Positions 1 through 11,872 of a DNA stretch of 64,000 bases are shown in pieces. A program made the translations under genes and the position numbers. This stretch comes from Macrostomum lignano (Eukaryota). The notes beneath the pieces were generated by a model, which was not told the origin of the DNA, made no database searches, and saw only the letters and a list, made by a program, of their open reading frames with translations. The stretch is from NCBI GenBank assembly GCA_002269645.1, contig NIVC01000231.1, positions 1 to 64,000 of the forward strand, given 5' to 3'. Within the stretch, counting starts at the first letter, position 1; every line of letters starts with the position of its first letter.

Positions 1-1071
1 CGTCTTGATGCTGAATTACTTTTTTTCCGTCGGCCTCTCTTTGGGTTTTTAGATTATGACTGCTCCTATAGTATTTGGCGAAAACGCAAATGGCCTAATT
101 AAGTACGTCTCTCACTGTCACTCTCCGACTATGAGAATAATTCTCGTCGTCACGTTGTGCACCCTGCGCGAGATCTTCGATGCTTTTTAGCGTTAGTTTT
201 AGCTTATTAGAGCTAGAATTAAGGGCGCTCTTAACGAGCCGTGTAGCCTAGAAAGTTGTTCGATTCGATAGAAGGCCAGAGTACAAGGACCGGCAGACGA
301 GTTGCCCTTCTACGGTTTTGTCTATGGGCTGAGATGTGAAGCAGCTGCTGCGCATTCTGAGGGGAGCGAGAAGTTACTATGCTTTACAGTAGGTATGGAG
401 AAACAAGTATAATAGTTATATAGACTACCAAGTGGTATGCATCTGTTCAGTCGGACAAGTATTTCAAGGTGATGCAAGTTAATTAGAATTGGCCACGGTT
501 AGCGCGCAGCTAAATAGGCTGCTTGCGTCGATTCCCAAGGCAGCCACGGTAAATGAGTGATGCAGGGGTCATGCCTCGCCGAGCCGAGTGCTGCGGCTGT
601 ACCATTGGCTGTCTTCCAGAATCGTTTTGTATTAGGTGATTTATATTATACCGGTAGAGCAAAGCTAGGAGCAGACTCATTTCGACAAAATTTCTAGCGA
701 TAGCAATTTGTTACAGTAACTTGCATCCAAAAGTTTACATAAGTAATTTTTGTCTGGCAGGGGTCTCATGTTAAAGACATTGCACCACCGATGCATTACA
801 GGACACAAAAATGACAAGACCAAATATTTAAAAACTGAAATATAACATCAGATGCATCCCTAGATCGAACTATAATCAGAATGAAGTCTAGAACTTATGA
901 AAGACACTGCGTTTTAAATTTATGACGCCACGATACTTCTGGGGTTTCGGTTTGCGACCGAATGAATAAAGCCAACCCACAGTAAGCTTTCTAGATAACA
1001 TTCACTACAAGTAAGGACTACAAAAAGTCAATTTAAACTGTATAGTTCAATTAAATTATAACTTTTTCAAG

Positions 1072-4000
1072 GTCGCAAGTTTGTTGACCAATCATCGACG
1101 CCGTGCACAGCCAGAGTGACTCGAATAACCTACGCAGACCGAGTGACAGTTCGCCTCCTAGACAAGCATGGCAAGCAGTTGGGCCAGACAGTCCAACCGG
1201 AGGACGGCAAAATTGACGAAAATTTAATCTGGCTAAAAGACGACAGTCGTGAAGATGCAAATTTATTGAGCGCATCAGTTGAGCTCGGTGTGCCTAGCGA
1301 GTTTCTGCGCAAGTGCGGACTGGACATTGTGGATTCGCCCGGACTAAACGAAAACGACGCTCTTGACACCCTGACCATGCGGGCGATTGACTCGTTTCTG
1401 CCAATCATTTTGTACGTTATCGACGGTCGATACGGAATCACTTTGGCGGTAATTTTCTTCGAGCTACTGTTTTACATACAATAACTGAATCATTTACTTT
1501 GAGCATCAAAATAACCATTGTTTGTATTTTACCATATGGACCATAGGAAAATATATGAACAAAAACCAGTAGCTCTAAAACCATCCAACCCCGCGACCAT
1601 CCAACCCAAGACCATCCAACACCAAGACCATCCAACTCCAAGACCATCCAACACCAAGACGATCCAACCCCAAGACCATCCAACACCAAGACGATCCAAC
1701 CCCAAGACCATCCAACCCCAAGACCATCCAACCCCAAGACCATCCAACCCCAAGACCATCCAACCCCAAGACCATCCAACCCCAAGACCATCCAACCCCA
1801 AGACCATCCAACCTCAAGACCATCCAATCCCCAGAACCATCCAACTCCAAGACCATCCAACCTCAAGACCATCCAACCCCAAGACCATCCAACCCCAAGA
1901 CCATCCAACCCCAAGACCATCCAACCCCAAGACCATCCAACCCCAAGACCATCCAACCTCAAGACCATCCAATCCCCAGAACCATCCAACTCCAAGACCA
2001 TCCAACCTCAAGACCATCCAACCCAAGACCATCCAACCCCAAGACCATCCAACCCCAAGACCATCCAACCCCAAGACCATCCAACCCCAAGACCATCCAA
2101 CCCCAAGACCATCCAACCCCAAGACCATCCAACCCCAAGACCATCCAACCCCAAGACCATCCAACCCCAAGACCATCCAACCCCAAGACCATCCAACCCC
2201 AAGACCATCCAACCCCAAGACCATCCAACCCCAAGACCATCCAACCCAAGACCATCCAACCCAAGACCATCCAACCCCAAGACCATCCAACCCCAAGACC
2301 ATCCAACCCCAGGACCATCCAACCCTCAGCGGGGGGACAAGGACAAAGCACCCCAAACGCAACAACCACCTCAGCACGCACCGCCACCCCCACTAAACGC
2401 GATAGGCCCTCGCAAACCAGTGCCTAAGAAATTAGTCAGAATTAGTCACAATCCAACGCATCACTAAATGAAAACAAGTAAGCTCTCTATAATACCATCA
2501 AAACTCTACCACAGTTTCATTCCTTCCCTAGGCCGAGAAAGACATTGAAAACATTCGAGCCACAGCTCCGGAACTTGAACTATTCTATCTAGTAACAAAA
2601 ATGGACGTTTCCAAAGAGGATATTCCAACGCCAGAAAGTGGTCGTACAATCGAAGACATCGAGCAGGATCGTGCTCGACGTGTTTTCAGTCGACTCAAAA
2701 AGCTTCAATGCTTCGGCGCGGAAGAAACGCCCGAAAGTTGTTCGAGATTCTTCTGCATCTCGAGCTGGGAGATGAAGAACTACAGGAGGCGCGTGGCGAT
2801 AGCAATCAAAAGATCCGGCGGAGATCAAGCGGCCGGAGCCGCCGTGAAACGCAGCAAGTGGGTGCTTCGCTTCAACGAGATGCAACAAAAACTGGCCGAC
2901 TTCGCTGCCGAACAGTTTCGCAGCCTAATCCTTGGCGCTTGCTCAGGCTTGCGAGTTTTGCACTGCCAAACTATGGACTTGGTGATGAACAAGGCCAACG
3001 ATATTCGAGCTTGCACGCAGATGCGGCGCAAAAATCTCGAAATGATCCGAGCTATGGAGTGTCGGAACCACGAGCAGTCCAAGAAAATTGTTGAAAAACA
3101 TCGCGAAGGCTTTGAACGTGAGGCGGAAAGTTTAATTAAGAGTCAGGTAAGGAGGGCATTGATTTATTGGTGATACTTGTGATTACTATACGTGATACTT
3201 AGTTTTCGATTTTTGACGAAATTATAGTTGGCAATTGAATTCATTGCTGTGTATTAAAAGCCAAAAATGCTAAACTTACGATGTTCTCTAACAGCTTCCT
3301 GATCTCTCATCCGTTTTCAAATTCTGTTTCAAACGTTCTCTCCGTGCTAACGAAGTGCTAGACGAAAAAAATTTGTGCCATAGATATTAGATAAGTCAAG
3401 CACGAACTATTGCATGAAAGAATTGAAAACGCCTACCCGGTGTAATAACTAATAGATATTATAACTGATAATTTTAGTAACAAGTCGTAAGAGTTCATTT
3501 CTATTCTTGTAGAATGCGAGTTGACTTTGGTCTATGTCGGTGCACAAAATTGGGACAGAGCGGCTCAGGTAAACGCGACGGACTCTCGCGCTGGAATACC
3601 CAAAATCAGTGTTTGCTGTCTTACAGATGAAAACATCATGTCAACTGTGTAGTGCGAATGTGTGCCTGTGTACCCTGAATGACTAAGTGTTAGTAAGTTG
3701 GGAGATAGTCATTTTAGGCGTATTTGGATTTTTAAATAAATAAATAAATAAATAAACTATAGAAGCTACCCGTTTTACTCGCATGTTGTCACTGAAATTT
3801 TGGGATTGCACGTGACTGCCTTAAATGTACTTAAATTGCAACTTATATTCGTATTAACGATGATTTCTTGATTGTAAAAACCCATCGACGTGAGGTTTTT
3901 ACAAGATTTAAAAGTACAGTTTTGTCGAAGAAGACCCTGTTCATGTGTATCCCACTTGATGTCAAGTCGCAAATAATATTAATAATTGATTACACCTGTC

Positions 4001-7000
4001 ATAATGGCAGATGTACAACCGACAGCTCAGCTGCAGATATTGCGCGGCGCATCTGAAGGCTGCGTACGGCTGTTCAGTCCAAGGACTGGGGGGGGGGGGG
4101 GGGTTGCCACACACCCTCAATTATCCCAGCTAATGCTGGCACCCATTTTACAGCTGAGTGAACTGAAGCAATGAAGAGTTAAGTACCTTGCTCAAAAACA
4201 CAAATTGTTCAGTCGTTAGTCCGACGCGCTCTAACCACTAGGCTACAATATTTTAGACCTACGATTCCTAAAAAATCAGAAAACGAAACAACACATGCGT
4301 TTTTCTGTATATCCATGCAAAAAAACATTGAAGGGACCAATTCTGCTCGAGGAAGTGAAGTCGATGGAGTACTCAGAGAACGTCATCGACGCAAACCTCT
4401 CCTCCAATCAAATCGAAGAGCGCTGCGTCACCGAAATCCACCGATTCATCAACAACAGGGTTATCGTGGCCTATCAAGAGTTCCTGCAAAAGGGCGCAAT
4501 GCAGGACTGCTTCGCCGAATTAGAAGATTTAAAAGCTCGAGTGTTCGAATACGAGAGAGACATCGAGCAGACGCCAAGTTTGGCCGTGCTCAAAGCTACT
4601 CTAGCCGACGAGTGCGACCTGCAGGCTAGCGATATTTACAGCCTCGGCTTCAGGACGGTGATGCGTCAGATGTCGCTCAATATTCGAACGATTCTCCGTC
4701 ATCCCGGAGTGATTTTCAGTCGGCCAGTGCAGGATCCTGAGTGGAAGCGGTTTCAGGCCAAGTGTCATATCAGTGAGTCCTTGTGCACTAACTATCGTGG
4801 GACTAACTGATTGCGTATAACTCAGAACCTACCGATTTTAAGGGTTTCATATGTTCCAGGGTTCATGTGTTCCAGGGTTCATGTGTTCCAGCTAGGGTTC
4901 ATGTGTTCCAGCTAGGGTTCATGTGTTCCAGGGTTCATGTGTTCCAGGGTTCATGTGTTCCAGGGTTCATGTGTTCCAGGGTTCATGTGTTTCAGGGTTT
5001 CATATGTTCCAGGGTTCATGTGTTTCAGGGTTCATGTGTTCCAGGGTTCATGTGTTCCAGGGTTCATGTGTACCAGGGTTCATGTGTTCCAGGGTTCATG
5101 TGTTCCAGCTAGGGTTCATGTGTTCCAGGGTTCATGTGTACCAGGGTTCATGTGTTCCAGGGTTCATGTGTACCAGGGTTCATGTGTTCCAGGGTTCATG
5201 TGTACCAGGGTTCATGTGTTCCAGGGTTCATGTGTTTCAGGGTTCATGTGTTCCAGGGTTCATGTGTACCAGGGTTCATGTGTTCCAGGGTTCATGTGTA
5301 CCAGGGTTCATGTGTACCAGGGTTCATGTGTTCCAGGGTTCATGTGTTCCAGGGTTCATGTGTTCCAGCTAGGGTTCATGTGTTCCAGGGTTCATGTGTT
5401 CCAGGGTTCATGTGTTCCAGGGTTCATGTGTTCCAGGGTTCATGTGTTTCAGGGTTTCATATGTTCCAGGGTTCATGTGTTTCAGGGTTCATGTGTTCCA
5501 GGGTTCATGTGTTCCAGGGTTCATGTGTTCCAGGGTTCATGTGTACCAGGGTTCATGTGTTCCAGGGTTCATGTGTTCCAGGGTTCATGTGTTCCAGCTA
5601 GGCTTCATGTGTTCCAGGCTTCATGTGTTCTAGGGTTCATGTGTACCAGGGTTCATGTGTTCTAGGGTTTATGTGTTCCAGGGTTCATATGTTCCAGGGT
5701 TCCATGCGCTCCACTGTTTCATGTGTTCCAGGGTTCCATGCGCTCCAGGGTTCAAGTGTTCCAGGGTTTATGTGTTCCAAGGTTCAAGTGTTCCAGGGTT
5801 TATGTGTTCCAAGGTTCAAGTGTTCCAGGGTTCATGTGTTCCAGGGTTCATGTGTTCCAGGGTTCATGTGTTCTAGGGTTCATGTGTTCCAGGGTTCATG
5901 TGTTCCAGTGGTTTATGTGTTCCATATGAGTACCATGAGTTCTGTGAGTTCCATGAGTTCTGTGAGTTCCATGAGTTCTGTGAATTCCATGAGTTCTGTG
6001 AGTTCCATGAGTTCTGTGAATTCCATGAGTTCTGTGAGTTCCATGAGTTCTGTGAATTCCATGAGTTCTGTGAATTCCATGAGTTCTGTGAATTCCATGA
6101 GTTCTGTGAGTTCCATGAGTTCTGTGAATTCCATGAGTTCTGTGAGTTCCATGAGTTCTGTGAATTCCATGAGTTCTGTGAATTCCATGAGTTCTGTGAA
6201 TTCCATGAGTTCTGTGAATTCCATGAGTTCTGTGAATTCCATGAGTTCTGTGAGTTCCATGAGTTCTGTGAATTCCATGAGTTCTGTGAATTCCATGAGT
6301 TCTGTGAATTCCATGAGTTCTGTGAATTCCATGAGTTCTGTGAATTCCATGAGTTCTGTGAGTTCCATGAGTTCTGTGAATTCCATGAGTTCTGTGAATT
6401 CCATGAGTTCTGTGAGTTCCATGAGTTCTGTGAGTTCCTTGAGCTCCGTGAGTTCTGTGAGTTCCATGAGCGCCGTGATTTCGCTGAGTAAACTCATATC
6501 TACATAAATTACGGATCTAACTAAACTCATTGTAGAAAAGATCAACACAGGCCGACTGGTCGAATGCCTGGTAGACTCCATGAACAAATGGTTGGACAAG
6601 CGCCATTTCAGATTCTTGCAGAAGATCCGCTGTTCAGAACAGCTGGTAGAAAACTCGGCCAGCTTAAGCGAGTTGGAACGGCAGAGAATTGTCCAGCTGG
6701 CGCCTCGGCTCGCTTTCATGTACACCCGCTGTCTGGATGTCGCCACGGGCTACCAGTTCCGGGGATATACCATCGATAAGCGAGCTCAGCTTGGCTCTGG
6801 TGCTCAAGGCACCGTCTATGCGGTACGCGACACCCAGGGCGAGGTTGCTATGGCCGCTAAGGTGGTCAATGTGGAGTCGCAAAGTTTGGGCAACATTTCG
6901 TCGGAAGTTTTCTATAGCAGGTAAATTGCTTTGTGTGTAGTAAGGTTTGTCTGGATCTGCCTGTTTGATTGATACGAATGTCTGTCTTAGTGTCTGTCTC

Positions 7001-9626
7001 AGTGTCTCTCTCAGTGTCTGTCTCAGTGTCTGTCTCAGTGTCCGTCTCAGTGTCCGTCTCAGTGTCTGTCTCAGTGTCCGTCTGAGTGTCTGTCTGAGTG
7101 TCTGTCTCAGTGTCTGTCTGAGAGTCTGTCTGAGTGTCTGTCTGAGTGTCTGTCTCATTGTCTGTCTGAGTGTCCGTCTGAGTGTCCGTCTTAGTGTCTG
7201 TCTCAGTGTCTGTCTGAGTGTCTGTCTCAGTGTCTGTCTCAGTGTCTCTCTCAGTGTCCGTCTCAGTGTCTGTCTGAGTGTCTGTCTCAGTGTCTGTCTG
7301 AGAGTCTGTCTGAGTGTCTGTCTCAGTGTCTGTCTCAGTGTCTGTCTGAGTGTCTGTCTGAGTGTCTGTCTGAGTGTCTGTCTGAGTGTCTGTCTGAGTG
7401 TCCGTCTGAGTGTCCGTCTTAGTGTCTGTCTCAGTGTCTGTCTGAGTGTCTGTCTCAGTGTCCGTCTGAGTGTCTGTCTCAGCGTCTGTCTCTGTGTCCG
7501 TCTCAGTGTCTGTCTCAGCGTCTGTCTCAGTGCCTGTCTGAGTGTCTGTCTGAGTGTCTGTCTGAGTGTCAGTCTGAGTGTCCGTCTAAGTGTCTGTCTG
7601 AGTGTCTGTCTCAGTGTCTGTCTCAGTGTCTGTCTCAGTGTCTCTCTCAGTGTCTGTCTCAGTGTCTGTCTCAGTGTCTGTCTCAGTGTCTGTCTCAGTG
7701 TCTGTCTCAGTGTCTGTCTCAGTGTCTGTCTGAGTGTCTGTCTGAGTGTCTGTCTGAGTGTCTGTCTCAGTGTCTGTCTGAGAGTCTGTCTGAGTGTCTG
7801 TCTGAGTGTCTGTCTCAGTGTCCGTCTTAGTGTCTGTCTCAGTGTCTGTCTCAGTGTCTGTCTCAGTGTCTGTCTGAGTGTCTGTCTGAGTGTCTGTCTC
7901 AGTGTCTGTCTGAGTGTCTGTCTGAGTGTCTGTCTCAGTGTCCGTCTGAGTGTCTGTCTCAGTGTCTGTCTGAGTGTCTGTCTGAGTGTCTGTCTGAGTG
8001 TCTGTCTGAGTGTCTGTCTCAGTGTCTGTCTGAGTGTCCGTCTCAGTGTCTGTCTCATTGTCTGTCTCAGTGTCTGTCTCAGTGTCTGTCTCATTGTCTG
8101 TCTCACGCGTTCCCTAGCTGAGCCCTATGCAACTCATATCCCAACAGCGTATTGCGCCATTGCAACCTGCTGTCTATCGAAGGCGTTCGCCTGTTGGAAA
8201 CGCGCGAGCCCGACGATCCCGAAGAAGATGCCATCTGGACATTCGAGCTGTACATGGACCTCATGCACAGCGACGTTTGGCAACTGATGCAGAACCGGCA
8301 GCTGACCCTGCGCAAGCGGATCTGGTTTGGCCTGCAGCTGGCCAGAGCGCTTGAATTCCTGCACTCCAGCAGCCTCATCCATCGAGATGTGAAGCTGCAA
8401 AATTTGCTGGTCAGTAATTTTTAACTCATTAAGCTATGATAACCACATTTCTTTCCAAACAATCAGACACTGACACCCACCACCCCTATAAATTCTTGCC
8501 AACCAATCAGACACTGACACCCACCACCCCTATAAATCCTGCCAACCAATCAGATACTGACATCCACCACCCCTATAAATTCTTGCCAACCAATCAGACA
8601 CTGACACCCACCACCCCTATAAATCCTGCCAACCAATCAGATACTGACACCCACCATGTCTCAGAAAAGAAAAGACCAATCAGAAAGGAAGCCGAAGTGT
8701 TTTATTCCAACTTTTACCCAGCGCAGGTTGACGCCGAGCTCAATACGGTAAGGCTAACAGATTTCGGACTGCTCAAGAGCACGGGACTCACTGGTCAGTC
8801 GCTGGTTGGCACGCCGATCTATTTGGCACCGGAGATGGTCACCAACAGCAGCTATGATATCAGTGCCGATGTCTACAGCCTTGGCATTGCTCTGTGGTAT
8901 CTCTGGTAAAGTAATCAAGTGAAACATGCAAATCTATAGGAGTTAAAAAGGTTCTAGCTTTACATATATGTATACATCGTTCAAATATAGTTTTATCCTT
9001 GCAATTTATTTATTATTGCATTCATATTCTAAATACGAGTATCAGATCTTTTATTACTGATAAAATAAAGTCGCTTTCACGAGCTACGAATTTCAAAACA
9101 TCAGAATCGCTTCGCAGAAGTGACTATAACAAAAAGTTGAAAATGACTTTTTGTCAATGATTTTATGTTTCGAATTAGTTTAAATTATACTTCTATTTAT
9201 CTACTAAATAATTCAAATTTATGTTGACGCTTTAACTACGTGGATACACCACTTTTAACTTACGTATTTTTAACATATGTAAAATTTAGTAAATAACTTA
9301 ATGATGCACGATGCATGCTACCCTAAAATTTATTAACTATTTTGGGTTTAGAGTAAATAATTATTTATTTCTGTTAACTAAAAATTTATCAATTATTTAA
9401 CTCCAGTGAGGGCAGCGGCAGTAAGCATCCGAAATACGTGGAAGTGATGCCGTCGGTCGGAGCAATACTACTCGCAGGTAGCATGAATAGCAGACCGGAC
9501 CGACTGCCCTGCATACCCGCCGATCTTTGGGATCTGATGGAGCGCTGTTGGGACGCCCAGCCGCGGAACAGGCCGCCAGCGAAAGAGGTGGCCGACGCGC
9601 TGGATTATATTGAGAAAAACCTGTGA
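1072..9626 (+). CDS. DSTYK: DSTYK-like dual Ser/Thr/Tyr kinase with N-terminal dynamin-like GTPase domain; 5'-incomplete, 7 visible exons, ~824 aa
   Basis: Phase-consistent GT-AG exons: 1072-1448, 2532-3146, 4334-4772, 6536-6920, 8148-8409, 8727-8905, 9407-9626(TGA). N-terminus has STPCTARVT, IVDSPGLNEN and LVTKMD. Kinase motifs are LGSGAQGTVY, AAKVV, HRDVKLQNLL, TDFG, GTPIYLAPE and DVYSLG. LAPRLA and the tail RPDRLP..WDLMERCWD match DSTYK. Start exon and P-loop were not found in 1-1071. Confidence 0.85.
1580..2325. repeat. 16-bp minisatellite (CCCCAAGACCATCCAA), DSTYK intron
   Basis: Tandem units; source of the spurious TIQPQDHP ORFs. Confidence 0.95.
4040..4250 (-). mobile_element. tRNA-derived SINE remnant in DSTYK intron
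   Basis: A-box GTAGCCTAGTGGTTAGAGCG, followed by a conserved-core-like segment GCAAGGTACTTAACTC..CATTGCTTCAGTTCACTCAGCTGTAAAATGGGT; B-box apparently deleted. Confidence 0.55.
4845..6465. repeat. 16-bp (GTTCCAGGGTTCATGT) array grading into an 18-bp (CCATGAGTTCTGTGAATT) array, DSTYK intron
   Basis: 16-mer ~4845-5920; 18-mer ~5930-6465. Confidence 0.95.
6975..8105. repeat. 12-bp minisatellite (CTCAGTGTCTGT), DSTYK intron
   Basis: Tandem units fill most of the intron. Confidence 0.95.
8455..8660. repeat. ~44-bp tandem repeat containing CCAATCAG and TATAAAT, DSTYK intron
   Basis: ccaaccaatcagacactgacacccaccacccctataaat, ~4.5 copies. Confidence 0.9.
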
Positions 9627-9686
9627 ATTTTTAACAGGAATAATCCATTGAACTTAAATTTTTCACAGTGTTTTATAATAATGATG

Positions 9687-10405
9687 TGTTCCTTATTACC
9701 AGTCCTCAACCGTAATCAAGGAACAATCACTTCTAGCTACTTTGCTAGGCAACCCACTAATTAACTGAAGGTATTCAATTACCTTTAATCCGGATGTGTA
9801 GATCTCTTCCTTGAGTTGATCTCGAACGTAGATCTCGCTGACTGTTATTCACAGTTGATCTGTCGATCAGGCGCCTTGTCTCTCCTGTTGCTCTGGTCCT
9901 GATTCTTCTTTGTCTCTAGCCGACCGGTATCTGCAGTCAGGACCAATCAGAGGCCTCGTATCAACAATGGGATCCCTGCGCCGAACTGCGGTTTGAATTA
10001 AGCCTCCTTCTTCTAGCAGTGCCTCTATGCACTCTAGGTATGGCTCCGGTAACCACTGATAGTCTTCTAACTGGCAACCAGTAGAGTCTAAACAGACTCA
10101 AGAGTCTCAACAGACTCAACTAAACTCAAGTAACACTATAGACTTGAGCGAGACGTCTCTAACACAACGGGCGCAAATAAGGAAGGCTTACCGCAACAAC
10201 TCGACCGAGTCTCGATTGACTTGGTTGTTCAGGAAGTCCTCCTAAGGCTTCCTCTTCGGAGCTTCTCCTCTCGTCGGGAGTTGGCTCCTGGTCCGCTTCG
10301 GACCGCTTGTATTTATAGGCGAATTTGCAGTCCAAAATAGCAGCATTACAACTCATGTGTTGCGCTAAAAGGGGAACATAGCTCATCGCGTATTTTCTGG
10401 TAACA
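9687..10405 (-). mobile_element. Putative solo LTR (719 bp)
   Basis: TGTT...AACA termini; 5-bp flanks TGATG/TGATT (one mismatch). Minus-strand TATAAATA near 10310-10317 and ATTAAA near 9785-9790. Confidence 0.5.
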
Positions 10406-10854
10406 TGATTCATTTAAGATTTTAGGTGCGCATGCGTGTACTTGCTTACTTACTTACAGTAGCATCCTACGATTAACTTCTTTTTCCTTTTTTACGGGAG
10501 GTAGAACACTCTACAATAAGCGATAAATTCAATTATAAAACATGAACAAATAAGCAAACTCTTTTCAATTCCACTTTTCAGCAATTTGACTCCGATTAAA
10601 ATAATTTAATTACAATAATGATTCATATTTTCAAACTTTACGGTGTTTTAATACTTCAGTATTTAAAATATTTAAAGTTTCATATCGTTTCAACTTTTGT
10701 CTGTGCTAATAAAATTAAATTGCTTTAAATAATTAATAGCGCGTTTTGATTTATTTTTTTTCAATTTGTACGATTTAAGTTTTAAATAAACAGTTTCTTT
10801 GAACAAATTAACAAAAAATGAATAAGATAATCGTTTAAAGACTATAAGGCTAAC

Positions 10855-11100
10855 TGGGGGAATTGCTGAGATGCCAAATGTTCAAAGGGGGGATTGCTAA
10901 GATGCCAAATGTTCAAAGGGGGAATCGCTGAGATTCCAAATTCTCAAAGGGGGCATTGCTGAGATGCCAATGCTCAAATGGGGTCATTGCTGAGATGTCA
11001 AGGCCCACGGTAGGGGAATTGCTAAGATGCCAAATGCTCAAAGGGGGAATTGCTGAGATAAGCCAAATGCTCAAAGGGGGAATTGCTGATATGCAAAGGG
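10855..11100. repeat. ~33-bp degenerate tandem repeat (GGGGAATTGCTGAGATGCCAAATGCTCAAAG)
   Basis: About 7 copies between the two putative LTRs. Confidence 0.85.
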
Positions 11101-11208
11101 TCAAGTTGCAGATATAAATTAATAAATGGCATAGACACATTGAAATTATGCCGACTAGCAAGACGAAAGATTGGCGGATCATCACTGCAATTTGCACATT
11201 TAGGCAGG

Positions 11209-11605
11209 TGTGTACTCTCTTCAGAGTAGATCTTGGGCAGGCGCACAGACCGTCAACAGGACTGTACATGCTTCTCGGTTGAGAGAAAAAGAGGGGAGAT
11301 CGGGGGGGGGGGGGCAGAGATGAAGCAGCTCTTAGGGATTAGCGGATGCTGGCTTGAGCTCCGCAGAGAGCGCGTGCGGGCGGGAGAGAAGGAGAGCAGA
11401 GAGGGGAAGAGATCCGCGATAAAGGAAAGCAGAACCCTAAAGGCTCAGGAGGTGTACTCAGACCCTCACTATACTGCTCAAGTCAGTCGGGCCAACCTCT
11501 CTCTATTTCTCTGCGTGTTCAGGGCTTGGCCATGAGATATATAGGAAGCTCTGGGGGGGGTGTCTGTGGGGTAGAGAGCTAGGCTTTGCTCAATGCAAGT
11601 ACACA
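11209..11605. mobile_element. Putative solo LTR (397 bp)
   Basis: TGTGTAC...GTACACA inverted termini; 5-bp flanks GCAGG/GAAGG (one mismatch); TATATA box near 11538. Confidence 0.4.
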
Positions 11606-11872
11606 GAAGGATTTACCGCGCTCACTTAATACATACATAAGTTCTCCTCCCAGTCAGTTCACTTGTGTTAGCTGAGTTCTCCCTCCCTCACTCTCTCACT
11701 CACTTAAGCGCAAAAATCACACTAATTTATTGTGCGATAGATAGATAGAACACCCCCTTTTGGCCTAAATTAGCTCAGCCATTATCATCATGCGATTGTT
11801 CATTCTATACTTGGAAATATGATATAAGATTTCAACATTAATCAATAGGTTTATCGTGTAGAAAAAACTGCT

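Noticed and set aside
3513-3568. 56-nt segment with AG/GT boundaries in a DSTYK intron
   Set aside because: Not frame-preserving and has an immediate stop in the needed phase; no support beyond the dinucleotides.
1518-8287. Long low-complexity ORFs (1518-2396, 4937-5665, 5623-6507, 6664-8106, 6947-8287)
   Set aside because: They are translations of intronic minisatellites whose units lack stop codons; the true exons splice around them in phase.
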